This document shows, piece after piece, positions 21,941 to 32,067 of a stretch of 64,000 nt of DNA. How positions within the stretch are numbered: the stretch's first letter is position 1; each line of letters opens with the position of its first letter. The notes under the pieces are model-generated. The model saw only the letters and a list, made by a program, of their open reading frames with translations. It was not told where the DNA came from and did not search any database. Origin of the DNA: Candidatus Multivorans sp. (lineage in GTDB: Bacteria > Acidobacteriota > Thermoanaerobaculia > Multivoradales > Multivoraceae); the NCBI GenBank assembly GCA_965224025.1, contig OZ245033.1:1024001-1088000 (forward strand), given 5' to 3'. A program made the position numbers and the translations under genes.

Positions 21941-23220
21941 CCACTGCTGTCCCACAAACTTCAGGGCAACGCGAGTTGCAGTTGTGCGTTTTCGAGGCGC
22001 GGTGGATCGCGCTCGGGTTGTAGCAGGTCATTGAGCGTTCGTCGTTCGAAGAAATTGAGTTGTAGCAGGCGCAGGATTTCGCTAAGCCTCCACTTGAGGC
22101 GGTTCGAGAACTTCAGGTAGGCGAGGATCAGGTGGACGCACATGGCGATCCAGATCTGCGTCAGCACGGCGTTGCGGGAGGTGCCGAGAAAGCTCTTGAT
22201 GCGAAGGTTCTGCTTGATCCACTTGAAGAAGAGCTCGACCTGCCAACGGGCCTTGTAGATGTCCGCGATGGTCCTCGGCGCGAGCCGGAAGTTGTTGGTG
22301 AGGAACACGTAGTGCTTGCCCGTCTCGGGGTCGCGATAGCCGACCCGCCGCAGCAAGATCGGGCACTCCTTCCTGCCCTTCTTGCTCGTGAGCACGATGG
22401 TCTGGTCCGAGGTCACGCCGCGGCCGGGGGCGTACGAACGACGCTCCCGAACCGCGTACCGGACTCCCCGCTTGAGCCGCGTGACCAGAAAAACCCCTTG
22501 TGCGTCAAGGGATTTCAACCAGCCGAAGTCCTGGTAAAGACGGTCCGCAACGACAGTGCTCCCCTGCGGCAGCCGCAGCGTCTTCGCCACCTCGATGTCC
22601 GACGCCCTCCCGTCCGTCACGCTCACGAACGAGGGCAGGTTGCCGGCGTGGTCGAGGCCGACGTGGACCTTGATCGCCCCCTTGCTCTTGCTGTACTTCG
22701 CCCACGGGAACACCGCGAGGCACAGGTCGATGTGGGTGGCGTCCAGAGATACGAGCGGGTTCTTGAACCGGAAGCGGTGGCCGGGCGCCACGCGGCGGCA
22801 GCGGTCCAGAAGACGCTTGAACTGCAACTCGAAGAGCTCGTGAGGCTGCTCCTGGTTAACGCGCGCGAGCGAGGACCGCGCCACCCGTCCGACTCCGAGA
22901 TGGTAGAGCTTCTGTTTCTGGGCGTCCAGATTCGCCACCACATCCCGCAGGCTGCACCGCCCCGAGAGTTGCGCCATCGCCATGGCCACGAACTGACTCC
23001 ACCGACTCATGGAGCGGAGTTTCCTCCTTTCGTGGTGCCGCCGGGCGTCCTGCTCGAACTCATGTCTCGACGCCATCCCGAGCAACTGTCCGAGCACCGT
23101 GTTATGATGCGCCATGGGTCTGAATCCTCCTTGTGATCATTGGGCTCTTCGACCAGACCAATGATACAGCAAGGCACGGATTCGGACCCGTTTCTCAACC
23201 AGGTTGTGGGACAGCAGTGG
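21941..23220 (-). mobile_element. IS4-family insertion sequence
   Basis: Perfect 17-bp terminal IR CCACTGCTGTCCCACAA / TTGTGGGACAGCAGTGG; no target duplication visible. Confidence 0.92.
21961..23115 (-). CDS. IS4-family DDE transposase
   Basis: LDAT, VADRLY, YKARWQVELFFKWIKQ (YREK motif). Confidence 0.95.
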   Translation of the reverse strand: MAHHNTVLGQLLGMASRHEFEQDARRHHERRKLRSMSRWSQFVAMAMAQLSGRCSLRDVVANLDAQKQKLYHLGVGRVARSSLARVNQEQPHELFELQFKRLLDRCRRVAPGHRFRFKNPLVSLDATHIDLCLAVFPWAKYSKSKGAIKVHVGLDHAGNLPSFVSVTDGRASDIEVAKTLRLPQGSTVVADRLYQDFGWLKSLDAQGVFLVTRLKRGVRYAVRERRSYAPGRGVTSDQTIVLTSKKGRKECPILLRRVGYRDPETGKHYVFLTNNFRLAPRTIADIYKARWQVELFFKWIKQNLRIKSFLGTSRNAVLTQIWIAMCVHLILAYLKFSNRLKWRLSEILRLLQLNFFERRTLNDLLQPERDPPRLENAQLQLALP

Positions 23221-23269
23221 GCTTACGCCGACCACGTTCGCGGCTCCGGCTGGCTCCGCTCCCTGATTC

Positions 23270-23359
23270 CTACAGATCTAGCACCAGACCCAGAACGAAG
23301 TCCAGCACAACCAGGACAATGAATCCGACGACCACCCCACCGACGATGAGCCAGAACAT
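23270..23359 (-). CDS. Small single-TM protein (29 aa)
   Basis: MFWLIVGGVVVGFIVLVVLDFVLGLVLDL*, starting 1 nt after the upstream stop codon. Confidence 0.45.
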   Translation of the reverse strand: MFWLIVGGVVVGFIVLVVLDFVLGLVLDL

Positions 23360-23360
23360 G

Positions 23361-23768
23361 TCACGGCAGATCCGTTATGTGAATGAACGGCCACGTCGCT
23401 CGGTACTCGGCGGCCCGCTCGTACAAGCGCCGGCAGAACTTGCTGTCCTCCGCCGCCATGTCCAGAAGCCGATCGTTGTTGAAGGCGACGCCGAGGTGCT
23501 CGTTCAGCGCACGCGCCCCGTCGCGGATCTTGGCCTCGTGCAGCATGTGGTTGTGGGTGTTGAGCTCAATCAACTTGCGGAGCCGCTCAACTTCAAGCTC
23601 CAGCGCCTCGACACGCAGATCGAGAACGGCGAGGGAACTGCCCTGGGCCGCTTCGGTAGCCGGCGCGGCCAACGTCCAGGTCCCGAGCACCCCCAGGACA
23701 GCCACCATGCAGTACAGTGGGATGGTGGCGGGGGAACGGGACGACAGCTTTGCGACGAGCAACTTCAT
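23361..23768 (-). CDS. Hypothetical exported coiled-coil protein
   Basis: AAGGAG RBS, hydrophobic signal-like segment, heptad LRVEALELEVERLRKL. Confidence 0.55.
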   Translation of the reverse strand: MKLLVAKLSSRSPATIPLYCMVAVLGVLGTWTLAAPATEAAQGSSLAVLDLRVEALELEVERLRKLIELNTHNHMLHEAKIRDGARALNEHLGVAFNNDRLLDMAAEDSKFCRRLYERAAEYRATWPFIHITDLP

Positions 23769-23949
23769 GAGAGCTCCTTGTGTAGATGTGGAACGGACCA
23801 CAGCATAAGGGACAACTGGAATCCGATTTGGTCGTTAGTTTGGCGGCCCGGCCCGGTCGGGGACGAGGCACACGGCGACCCGCTCGGCGCAGGTAGCGGT
23901 CGCTGGCGTCGTGGTCGGCGGCGTCGGCCGGGAACCGCCCCGGTCGGGT

Positions 23950-24354
23950 GGAGCGGGCGCGGTCGGGGCGCCCAGCCGTGTTCGTGGTTCAGCGCCCGCT
24001 CGAGCAGGCCGTAGGTCTTCTCCCAGCCGGGCGGCGCGATGTTGTGGCTCTTGCCCGTCTCAAGCTCCACCCGGGCGACCAGGTGGTGATCACCTGGACC
24101 GCATCAGCGGTGCCGCGGTAGCGGTGCGCCCGCCGCGCGATCTGGTTCAGGTTGTTCCCGATGCGGGCAACCTGCCGGGTGCGCTCGCGCACCGCCGCGG
24201 AGTCCTCCGCGGTCCATGTGCGGGTACGGCGCATCGCCGCCCGCATCAACTGCGAGAGCGTCGTGCCGGCGCGCTCGGCCATGGCCCGCCACTCGTCCAG
24301 CTCGGCTGCGGTGTCACGGCGGTGCGCGATCGCTGTGCGGTGCGGCGTGGCCAT
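23950..24354 (-). pseudogene. mobC: MobC relaxosome protein fused by deletion to an internal relaxase fragment
   Basis: RHH-like N-terminus plus QVARIGNNLNQIAR; downstream frame HLVARVELETGKSHNIAPPGW resembles MOBP relaxases. Confidence 0.75.
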
Positions 24355-24450
24355 GTCTGGACGGGGGGTTCGAAGGGGGCCGCAGGCCCTCCCTCGCTAG
24401 CCCCACGGGCGAAGCGAGCGCAGCGCGTGGGGTCTGCTAGCTTCTGACCT
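24355..24450. other. Putative oriT-like structured region
   Basis: Hairpins (AGGGGGCCGCAGGCCCTCCCT; CCCCACG..CGTGGGG flanked by GCTAGC) directly upstream of mobC. Confidence 0.35.
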
Positions 24451-24558
24451 CCGGCACCCGGCGGACGAGACACCCGGCTTCCGCCACCGCCGCTGCTAGT
24501 CTCCGTGCTCCAGCACCGCAGTGATGCTACCCTACGACGAAATGCGGGAGCCGAGGCG

Positions 24559-24762
24559 ATGAAGATACAAGTCGTCGTTCATGAGGCCGAAGAGGGCGGC
24601 TACTGGGCGGAAGTACCGTCCATACCGGGGTGCGCCACCCAGGGAGACTCCTTCGAGGAACTGCTGAACAACCTCTACGAAGCCGTCGAGGGCTGCCTCT
24701 CCGTGGAGACCGACGAAGTACCCGTCTCCGACACGGACCGGGTCATCGAAATCGCCGTGTGA
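24559..24762 (+). CDS. hicB: HicB-family antitoxin (short, no DNA-binding domain)
   Basis: EEGGYWAEVPSIPGCATQGDSFEELLNNLYEAV. Confidence 0.9.
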   Translation: MKIQVVVHEAEEGGYWAEVPSIPGCATQGDSFEELLNNLYEAVEGCLSVETDEVPVSDTDRVIEIAV

Positions 24763-24962
24763 AGGCCCTCTCCGGCAAGGAGCTCTGCTCGCTGCTCGAA
24801 TCCCGAGGATGGCAGCTGAAGCGGATCCGGGGCAGCCATCACATCTTCGTCAAGCCGGGCATTGCGGTACGTGTCTCGGTGCCGGTCCATCGGGGCACGC
24901 TGAAGCGCGGCCTTCAACGGCACCTGATGAAGCTCGCCCAGATCAAGAACTCGGAGCTGTAG
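24759..24962 (+). CDS. hicA: HicA-family mRNA interferase toxin
   Basis: SGKEL..LLESRGW..RIRGSHHIF..VSVPVH; GTGA overlap with hicB. Confidence 0.9.
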   Translation: MKALSGKELCSLLESRGWQLKRIRGSHHIFVKPGIAVRVSVPVHRGTLKRGLQRHLMKLAQIKNSEL

Positions 24963-25336
24963 CCGCCCCGGCCGACGCCGACGACGATCGAAGCCGACCG
25001 CTCTAGGGCGTTCGCAGTTCGATCCACCACACTCGGTCGGGCGCATCAGTCTCGGACCGCTTCCCGGAGCAACTCAGGTCGGGCCACTCCGGTCCTTCGC
25101 CGCGTGCCCACGTCCGTTGACCCCTGCGGAAAGGCCCAGAGACCGGGCGACGCCGCCGGGACCTGGAACTGCCATCGGCTAGCTAACAGAATCTCCGCAT
25201 CGACTATCAACCACAAGCACGCTGGAGAGGGAAACCCCGGGCTACTCGCGGGACCTCATGCGCGAGATCGGTATGGATGAAGCGAAGGTGAGTTGGTTCG
25301 AAGGAGACTTCGCCGATCTTACGGCCTCCCCCTCTC

Positions 25337-26592
25337 TGCCAACGTACGTGACACAGCGGGCATCCCGTTGAATAGTGGAGGGCACGCGTTGGCAAGGAGG
25401 ATCAATGTCAAGACGAAAGCAGAGGTTTGGCGGCGGCTCGGAGCTCCCGGCCGCGGGGGTTGAGGAGCGTAGCGACGAGGCCCCCGCGGCCGGCGCGGCG
25501 CCCGCCGGGGCGGTTCCCGACCCGGAAGTGCTGGCGAGACCGACCAGGCGGCAGTTCACGGCGGAGTACCGGCTGCGGATTCTGGAGGCAGCGGACCGAT
25601 GCACCCACCGCGGCGAGGTGGGTCGGCTGCTTCGGCGAGAGGGTCTGGTACAGCTCCCATCTGGCCAACTGGCGCAAGGCGCGTCGAGAGGGCGCGCTAT
25701 CCGGTCTGAGTCCGAAGAAGCGGGGCCGCAAGCCGGCCGAGGCCAACCCTCTGACGCCGAAGGTGAAGCGGCTGGAGGCGAAGGTGAAGCGGCTCGAGAA
25801 GGAACTCGCCGCCGCGCACACGATCCTGGACGTCCAGGGAAAAGTTGCAGGGCTGCTGGGATTCAGCCTCGAAGACGGGAAGGACTGCTGATGGCGGCAA
25901 GGTCCCTGGCCCGGCAGGTCGGCATCGCGCCGGCGTGCCGGGCGCTGGGCGTGTCGCGATCGACGTTCTACCGCAGAGCGAGGCCCGCTCCCGGGCGACG
26001 GCAGCCCCGACCCACGCCCGGCCGGGCACTGAGCAAGGCCGAGCGGAAACGGGTCGAGGCCACGCTTGCGTCGCCGCGTTTCGTCGATCGTTCGCCGGGA
26101 GAAGTAGTGGCCACCCTGCTCGACGAGGGCCGGTACCCGTGCTCGGAGCGCACGATGTACCGCATCCTCGAAGCGAACCACCCGGTGAGGGACCGCCGCA
26201 ATCAGCGCGTCCACCCGTCGTACGCCAAGCCGGAACTGGTCGCCACGGCGCCCAACCAGGTCTGGTCCTGGGACATCGCCAGGCTGCTCGGCCCCAAGAC
26301 CTGGACCTACTACTACCTCTACGTCCTGCTCGACCTCTTCAGCCGCTACGCGGTCGGCTGGATGGTCGCCGACCGCGAGAACTCCGCGCTCGCCCAGAGA
26401 CTCATCGAGGAAACCCGCCTCAAGCACGGCGTCAAGCCAGACATCCTCACACTGCACTCCGATCGAGGATCGCCCATGACCAGTCAGGGTACCGCCCAAC
26501 TGCTCGCCCGCCTCGGCGTCAACCGGTCCCTGGGACGCCCTCGGGTCAGCGACGACAACCCCTACTCCGAAGCCCAGTTCAAGACCCTCAAG
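25337..26592 (+). mobile_element. IS3-like element, orfA frameshifted, orfB truncated by a second IS (left end approximate)
   Basis: orfA PDPEV..RRQFTAEYRLRIL; orfB PNQVWSWDI, LHSDRGSPM, DNPYSEAQFKTLK cut at 26592. Confidence 0.85.
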
Positions 26593-26658
26593 TGAGGTGG
26601 TCCCGGAAAACTGGACAGGTGGCTAAGGTGTACTCCTCGACCTAGAGGAGGAGCCAGG

Positions 26659-26940
26659 ATGAAGAGGAAGCGTCGGAAGTTCACTGCGGCTTTCAAGTCG
26701 AAGGTGGCGCTTGAGGCGCTGCGTGAGGAGAAGCCGCTCGCGGCGATCGCATCGCGGCACCGGATTCACCCGAATCAGGTGAGCAGTTGGAAGCGGAAGG
26801 CGATCGAGGGGATGAGTGAGACCTTCTCGGCCGGGCCGGAGCGGCGCCGGGACCACGAGGAGGAGATCAGGGACCTGCACGCGAAGATCGGGGAGCTGAC
26901 GATCGAGCGGGATTTCTTGTCCAGGGGGCTCGGGCACTGA
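26659..26940 (+). CDS. IS3 OrfA
   Basis: RRKFTAAFKSKVALEAL HTH; LHAKIGELTIERDFL zipper. Confidence 0.92.
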   Translation: MKRKRRKFTAAFKSKVALEALREEKPLAAIASRHRIHPNQVSSWKRKAIEGMSETFSAGPERRRDHEEEIRDLHAKIGELTIERDFLSRGLGH

Positions 26941-26960
26941 GCCGGACCGAGCGCCTGCGG

Positions 26961-27827
26961 ATGATCGAGCGGGAGACGGGTGACGTGAGCTTGAGTCGGC
27001 AGTGCCGTCTGCTCGAGATCAGCCGTTCCTCGCTGTACTACCGGCCCAAGGGCGAGAGCGCCGAGACGCTGGCCCTGATGCGCAGGATCGACGAGCTGTT
27101 CCTGCTGTACCCGTTCTACGGTTCGCGTCAGATGGTCCGCCACCTTCGCCGAGAGGGCGTTCGGGTCGGTCGTCACCGGGTGCGGCGTCTGATGCGGTTG
27201 ATGGGTATCGCGGCGATCTACCGGGCGCCGCGGACCAGCAAGCCTCACCCGGAGCACAAGGTCTATCCCTATCTGCTCAGGGGGCTTTCCATCGAGCGTC
27301 CGGATCAAGTCTGGTGCTCGGACATAACGTACATTCCGGTGCGCGGCGGGTTCCTGTACCTGGTGGCGGTCATGGACTGGGCGAGCCGTCGGGTGTTGTC
27401 CTGGCGGCTGTCGAACAGCCTGGACGCATCGTTCTGCGTCGAGGCCTTCGCCGAAGCCCTCGACCGGTACGGCAAGCCGGACATCTTCAACACGGATCAG
27501 GGGAGCCAGTTCACGAGCGGCGACTTCACCGGTCTTCTCGAGAACGCGACGGTGAAGATCTCGATGGACGGCCGGGGTCGCTTCCTCGACAACATCTTCA
27601 TCGAGCGCCTGTGGCGCTCGCTGAAGTACGAGGCGGTCTACCTGAACGAACTCGTCGACGGCATCGAGGCGCGGCGGGTGATCGATGGGTGGCTCGCCTT
27701 CTACAATGAGGAGCGGCCACACACGGCGCTCGGCGGCAGGACACCTGCCGAAGCCCACCGCGGACTAATGGGCATTCCGCAGAATCGAGAGTTTTCCACA
27801 GCCCCGGCGACGGCGGCTGCGGCGTAA
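26961..27827 (+). CDS. IS3 OrfB DDE transposase
   Basis: VWCSDITY, NTDQGSQF, DNIFIERLWRSLKYE. Confidence 0.94.
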   Translation: MIERETGDVSLSRQCRLLEISRSSLYYRPKGESAETLALMRRIDELFLLYPFYGSRQMVRHLRREGVRVGRHRVRRLMRLMGIAAIYRAPRTSKPHPEHKVYPYLLRGLSIERPDQVWCSDITYIPVRGGFLYLVAVMDWASRRVLSWRLSNSLDASFCVEAFAEALDRYGKPDIFNTDQGSQFTSGDFTGLLENATVKISMDGRGRFLDNIFIERLWRSLKYEAVYLNELVDGIEARRVIDGWLAFYNEERPHTALGGRTPAEAHRGLMGIPQNREFSTAPATAAAA

Positions 27828-28317
27828 TCAACACATGGAGTACACCTTAGCCCGGCCTCGAAACTGTCCAAAGGACCGGGACCACCTCAGACATGTAGCT
27901 GTTCACGAAGCCGAGAGGTAGGCGGTGGCGGACAATACCTTACTCTCCGTTCTTCAGTCGGGTCTAGGAAGCGCGATGAGCCGAGCCAGATCGGGTGTCG
28001 GGCCCATGAACTGCAGACTGGTACCTGCGCCGCTGGCGCGGCAGAAGGGCTTCGGGACGGCCATCATCGGGCATGTTCAGTTGGGACATGTGACCCGCTG
28101 CCGCGCCCGTCAGAACCCGGCACGCGAGGCGCGCGCCCACTAGAGGTTGCCGGTCGCTCTCCGATCGAGTTCACCGCCGACTGGCCGCTTCGCCAGACTC
28201 TGAGCGGGAAGGAGCGGGCGCCAACCTCCCGCCGTCCGATCGAGCGCGAACGTCCGCTGGGACCCTCCCCACCGGACCCCGAGTTGGCGGGTGTTACCTC
28301 CGGCGCAGCGCCGCGCC

Positions 28318-28707
28318 CTAGACCGCGAACGAGGAGCCGCAGCCGCAGGTGCCGACGGCTTTCGGGTTCGAGAACTTGAAGCCGGTTCCCGCGACGCCGA
28401 GCTGGTAGTCGATCCTCGTGCCCTTGAGGTAGCGGGCGCTGATCGGGTCGACGTACACCTGCAGACCGTCGTAGTCGAACACCTCGTCCGCGTCGCGCTG
28501 GTTCGTCTCGAAGTCGAGCGCGTACTCGAAGCCGCTGCAGCCGCCGCCGCGGACCGCGACCCGCAGGCCGTGATCGGACGACAGGCCCTCATCTTCGCGG
28601 GTGAGCTTGATCATCCGCACTGCCTTGGCGGTTAGGTGCAGCGTCTCCGGCACCGGTGTCGGCGCGGGTGGCGGCGAGGATGAACTCGGAAAGTCGATTT
28701 CTGGCAT
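28318..28707 (-). CDS. A-type Fe-S carrier (HesB/IscA/ErpA family)
   Basis: GGGCSGFEY and CGCGSSF. Confidence 0.94.
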   Translation of the reverse strand: MPEIDFPSSSSPPPAPTPVPETLHLTAKAVRMIKLTREDEGLSSDHGLRVAVRGGGCSGFEYALDFETNQRDADEVFDYDGLQVYVDPISARYLKGTRIDYQLGVAGTGFKFSNPKAVGTCGCGSSFAV

Positions 28708-28891
28708 CGTCTGTGGACCTCCGCGGACCCGTGATCGAGCGGCCCGGGCATGGCCGGCCGATCAGCGTCGGGGGCAGCGGCTCTGGTGCCCGAGAGTATC
28801 ATCGAACCGTGTTGACAAGGACTTCGGACGGTTCGACGCGGCCCGACGGGGGCGGTCGCAACCACCTTGGGCGGCTCGTGGAGGACCCGGC

Positions 28892-29515
28892 ATGATCCGG
28901 GAACAGGGCCGTGGCGACGGCGGCTGCATCGAGGTCATCACCGGCGGCATGTTCTCCGGCAAGAGCGAGGAGTTGGTGCGCCGGCTCCGCCGCGCCCTGA
29001 TTGCCCGACAGCGCGTCCAGGTGTTCCGGATCGCGACCGACACCCGCAGCGGCGAGGGAGACGTGCTGCGCACCCGGGACAACCGGAGCCTGTCCGCGGT
29101 GACCGTGACGTCGAGCGACGAGATGCGCGAGAAGCTGAGTCTCGGCGTGGAGGTCGTCGGCATCGACGAGGCCCAGTTCTTCGACGGAGGACTGGTCGAG
29201 CTGGTGACGGAACTCGCCGACCTCGGTGTTCGGGTGATCGTGGCCGGGCTGGATCTGGACTTCCGGCGCCGCCCCTTCGGGCCGATCCCCGAGCTCATGG
29301 CGATCGCGGAGTACGTCGACAAGATGCACGCCGTGTGCGTTCGTTGCGGCGCCGCCGCGCAATACTCCTTGCGCATCGCGGCCGGCGAACAGCAGGTCCT
29401 GGTCGGCGACTTCGAGTCCTATGAGCCGCTTTGCCGGCGCTGCTACGGCTCGTCCAGCGAGGCCGATCTGGACGAGCCGGAAGCCGAATCCGGCGACCAG
29501 GCTCGCGCGAGCTAG
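28892..29515 (+). CDS. tdk: Thymidine kinase
   Basis: GGMFSGKSEEL, IDEAQFF, AGLDLDF, CxxC...YEPLCRRC. Confidence 0.95.
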   Translation: MIREQGRGDGGCIEVITGGMFSGKSEELVRRLRRALIARQRVQVFRIATDTRSGEGDVLRTRDNRSLSAVTVTSSDEMREKLSLGVEVVGIDEAQFFDGGLVELVTELADLGVRVIVAGLDLDFRRRPFGPIPELMAIAEYVDKMHAVCVRCGAAAQYSLRIAAGEQQVLVGDFESYEPLCRRCYGSSSEADLDEPEAESGDQARAS

Positions 29516-29562
29516 CGGGTAGTCGGTTGCGGCGTCGCGCCGGCCTGAACGGCTCAGTGGCT

Positions 29563-30204
29563 CTAGCTGGGAGCCAGACTCTGAAGCGCCGTACGAATTG
29601 TTGATCCCAGAAAGCGTGATGACAGGTCGTGGCCGGCGCGAGGCACCTTCAGGCAGCTGTTCAGCGTGGGCCAGCGTTGCGGGAGGCGCCGGATCATCGC
29701 GGCGGGCGTGAAGGAGTCGAGTTGGCCGTAGACGACGGCGACGGGTACGGAGGCGGTGGCGGCGTCCTCGAAGTCGTAGTGGGTCAAGGGCGGCGCGATG
29801 AGCAGCATGCCCGCGGGTGGGTCCTGGGCGGCGTTTGTCTGCGGGAGCCGCGCCATCGTGACGACGGCGCCGAAGGAGTAGCCGACACCGATGCGCGGCA
29901 GTCGCGGGAAGCGGCGGCGGAGCTCCTGCTCGCAGGCGGCGAGGTCACAGGTCTCGCCACGGCCCGCGTCGTGACGCCCCTCGCTGCCGCCCGCACCGCG
30001 GAAGTTGAACCGGAGCGCCGCGCCGCCCAGCTCGACTGCGGCCTGGGCGGCCGCGTCCACCACGTGGTTGTCCATGTCGCCGCCGTAGAGCGGATGAGGA
30101 TGCGCCACGGTCGCGGCGAAGGCCGGCGGCGCTTCCGGTTCGAGCAGTTCGGCTTCCAGAAGGCCGGCGGGGCCCTGCAGTTCGAGAGGAGTGATTCGTG
30201 GCAT
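29563..30204 (-). CDS. Alpha/beta hydrolase
   Basis: HPHPLYGGDMDN, RFNFRG, GYSFG. Confidence 0.88.
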   Translation of the reverse strand: MPRITPLELQGPAGLLEAELLEPEAPPAFAATVAHPHPLYGGDMDNHVVDAAAQAAVELGGAALRFNFRGAGGSEGRHDAGRGETCDLAACEQELRRRFPRLPRIGVGYSFGAVVTMARLPQTNAAQDPPAGMLLIAPPLTHYDFEDAATASVPVAVVYGQLDSFTPAAMIRRLPQRWPTLNSCLKVPRAGHDLSSRFLGSTIRTALQSLAPS

Positions 30205-30365
30205 CGTCTGGCGGTCCGAGGGGGGAGCGCGGAATATACTCGGCCGCGGCCTGGATTGACCCTCGCGGAGCCGGGAGTTGCGATGGATTCTCACTTGGCG
30301 CCCCTTGAAACAGCGCCGGTGAAGGCCCGTAATCTAGTCAGGGCGCTCACCAAGGAGTTCGTTCG

Positions 30366-31046
30366 ATGATCTTCGATCCCATGTACTTTGTGATTCTGGC
30401 TCCGGGCCTGCTGCTGTCGCTATGGGCCAGCTTCCGCGTCAAGTCGGCGTTCAAGAAGTACTCCAAGGTTCGCTCGGTGACGGGCATGACCGGCGCTCAG
30501 GCGGCGCAGCGGCTGCTGGCCTACGCCGGCATCAACGACGTTCAGGTGGTGGCGACGCGAGGGCGTTTGTCCGACCACTACAACCCGATGACCAAGAAGC
30601 TCGCCCTGTCCGAGCCGGTCTACGGCTCGAACTCCGTGGCCGCGATCGGCATCGCCTGCCACGAGGCTGGGCACGCAATCCAGCACGCCAAGAAGTACGC
30701 GCCCCTTTGGCTGCGATCGACCCTGGTGCCGATGGCGGGGATCGGAAGCAACCTGGGCTTCTACGTCATGTTGTTCGGTCTGCTCCTGCAGAACATGGGG
30801 ATGTTCATGGTCGGAGTCGTTCTCTTCTCCGCGGTCGTCCTGTTCCAGCTCGTCACCCTGCCGGTCGAGTTCGACGCCACCGCCCGCGCCAAGCGCCTCG
30901 CCGTCGAGCAGGGTCTGATCCTGCAGACGGAGCGTGCGGGGATGGACCGGGTCCTCAACGCCGCCGCGCTGACCTACGTCGCCGCCGTCGTCAGTTCGCT
31001 GCTCACGCTGCTCTATTTCCTGACCGGAGCGAGCGGAGCGGAGTGA
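30366..31046 (+). CDS. Neutral zinc metallopeptidase (YugP family)
   Basis: LSDHYNP, HEAGHAIQ, TLPVEFDA, AAALTYVAA. Confidence 0.92.
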   Translation: MIFDPMYFVILAPGLLLSLWASFRVKSAFKKYSKVRSVTGMTGAQAAQRLLAYAGINDVQVVATRGRLSDHYNPMTKKLALSEPVYGSNSVAAIGIACHEAGHAIQHAKKYAPLWLRSTLVPMAGIGSNLGFYVMLFGLLLQNMGMFMVGVVLFSAVVLFQLVTLPVEFDATARAKRLAVEQGLILQTERAGMDRVLNAAALTYVAAVVSSLLTLLYFLTGASGAE

Positions 31047-31149
31047 GCGCCACCCCCTCCCATCTCCTCTCAAGCGCTCACGCCACCTGGGAGCTGACCC
31101 CTCCGGACCCAAGACGCGCGGGTGCGTCCTCCGCCAGGCGGGTGCCGGG

Positions 31150-31737
31150 CTACAGATCGCGGCGGCCGGCCAGGGACCGCGCGAGGGTCACCTGATCGGC
31201 GTAGTCGATGTCGCCGCCGACGGGGAGGCCGAAGGCGAGCCGCGTAACCCGCACCCCGCGTTTGCCCAGGAGGCCGGCGAGGTACAGGGCGGTGGCTTCG
31301 CCCTCCACGTTCGGGTTCATGGCCAGAATCGCCTCCTCGACGCCGTCGAGCCGGCCCAGCAGGGACGCGACCGTCAGTTCGTCGGGTCCCACGCCACGCT
31401 GGGGCGACAGGGAGCCCAGCAGGGCGTGGTAGAGGCCGTGGAACTCACCCGTGCGCTCGATCGGTTCGATGTTGAACGGCTCCTCGACGACGCAGAGCTT
31501 GGTCTGGTCGCGCTGGGGGTCGCTGCAGATCGAACAGGGGTCCACCGCGGTGATCTGATGACAGGTGGAGCAGTGGATCATCCGATCCTTGACGTCGATG
31601 ACCGCCTTGGCGAGCGCTTCCGCCCGGGTACGGTCGGCGCGGAGCAGGTGATGAGCCAGTCGCCGGGCGGTCTTCGGACCGATGCCCGGCAGGCGCGAGA
31701 GTTCCTCTACCAGGCTGGAAAGAGGATCGGGCGGCAT
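31150..31737 (-). CDS. recR: Recombination mediator RecR
   Basis: LPGIGPKTARRL HhH, C4 zinc finger, NPNVEGEATA TOPRIM. Confidence 0.96.
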   Translation of the reverse strand: MPPDPLSSLVEELSRLPGIGPKTARRLAHHLLRADRTRAEALAKAVIDVKDRMIHCSTCHQITAVDPCSICSDPQRDQTKLCVVEEPFNIEPIERTGEFHGLYHALLGSLSPQRGVGPDELTVASLLGRLDGVEEAILAMNPNVEGEATALYLAGLLGKRGVRVTRLAFGLPVGGDIDYADQVTLARSLAGRRDL

Positions 31738-32030
31738 CAGGTCAGACCGGGAATCCCGGCGGCCAGGCCGCCGAGGCGCTGCCCCACGTACTCGTTCACC
31801 TTGCGGCCCGCTTCGTTCACGGCGGCCTGCACCAGGTCCTGGACCATGCCCGGATCCTCAGGGTCGAGCACTTCGGGATCGACGCGGACGGCGAGGACCT
31901 CCTTTTCGCCGTTCACGCGCACTTCGACCATGCCGCCGCCGACGCTGGCGGTGAACTCGGCCGCCGCCAGATCACGCTGCATTTGCTGCTGCATCTCCTG
32001 GGCCTGTCGCATCAGCTTCTGGATGTTCAT
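31737..32030 (-). CDS. ybaB: YbaB/EbfC nucleoid-associated protein
   Basis: MRQAQEMQ, GGGMV, DLVQAAVNEA; between dnaX and recR. Confidence 0.94.
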   Translation of the reverse strand: MNIQKLMRQAQEMQQQMQRDLAAAEFTASVGGGMVEVRVNGEKEVLAVRVDPEVLDPEDPGMVQDLVQAAVNEAGRKVNEYVGQRLGGLAAGIPGLT

Positions 32031-32067
32031 CGTGATGGTTCCTGTCGGGAATTGAGCTCGAGAGCGG

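Larger units (their letters stand above)
26593..27889 (+). mobile_element. IS3-family insertion sequence
   Basis: Terminal IR TGAGGTGGTCCCGG / CCGGGACCACCTCA (TG..CA ends), orfA plus orfB. Confidence 0.95.
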
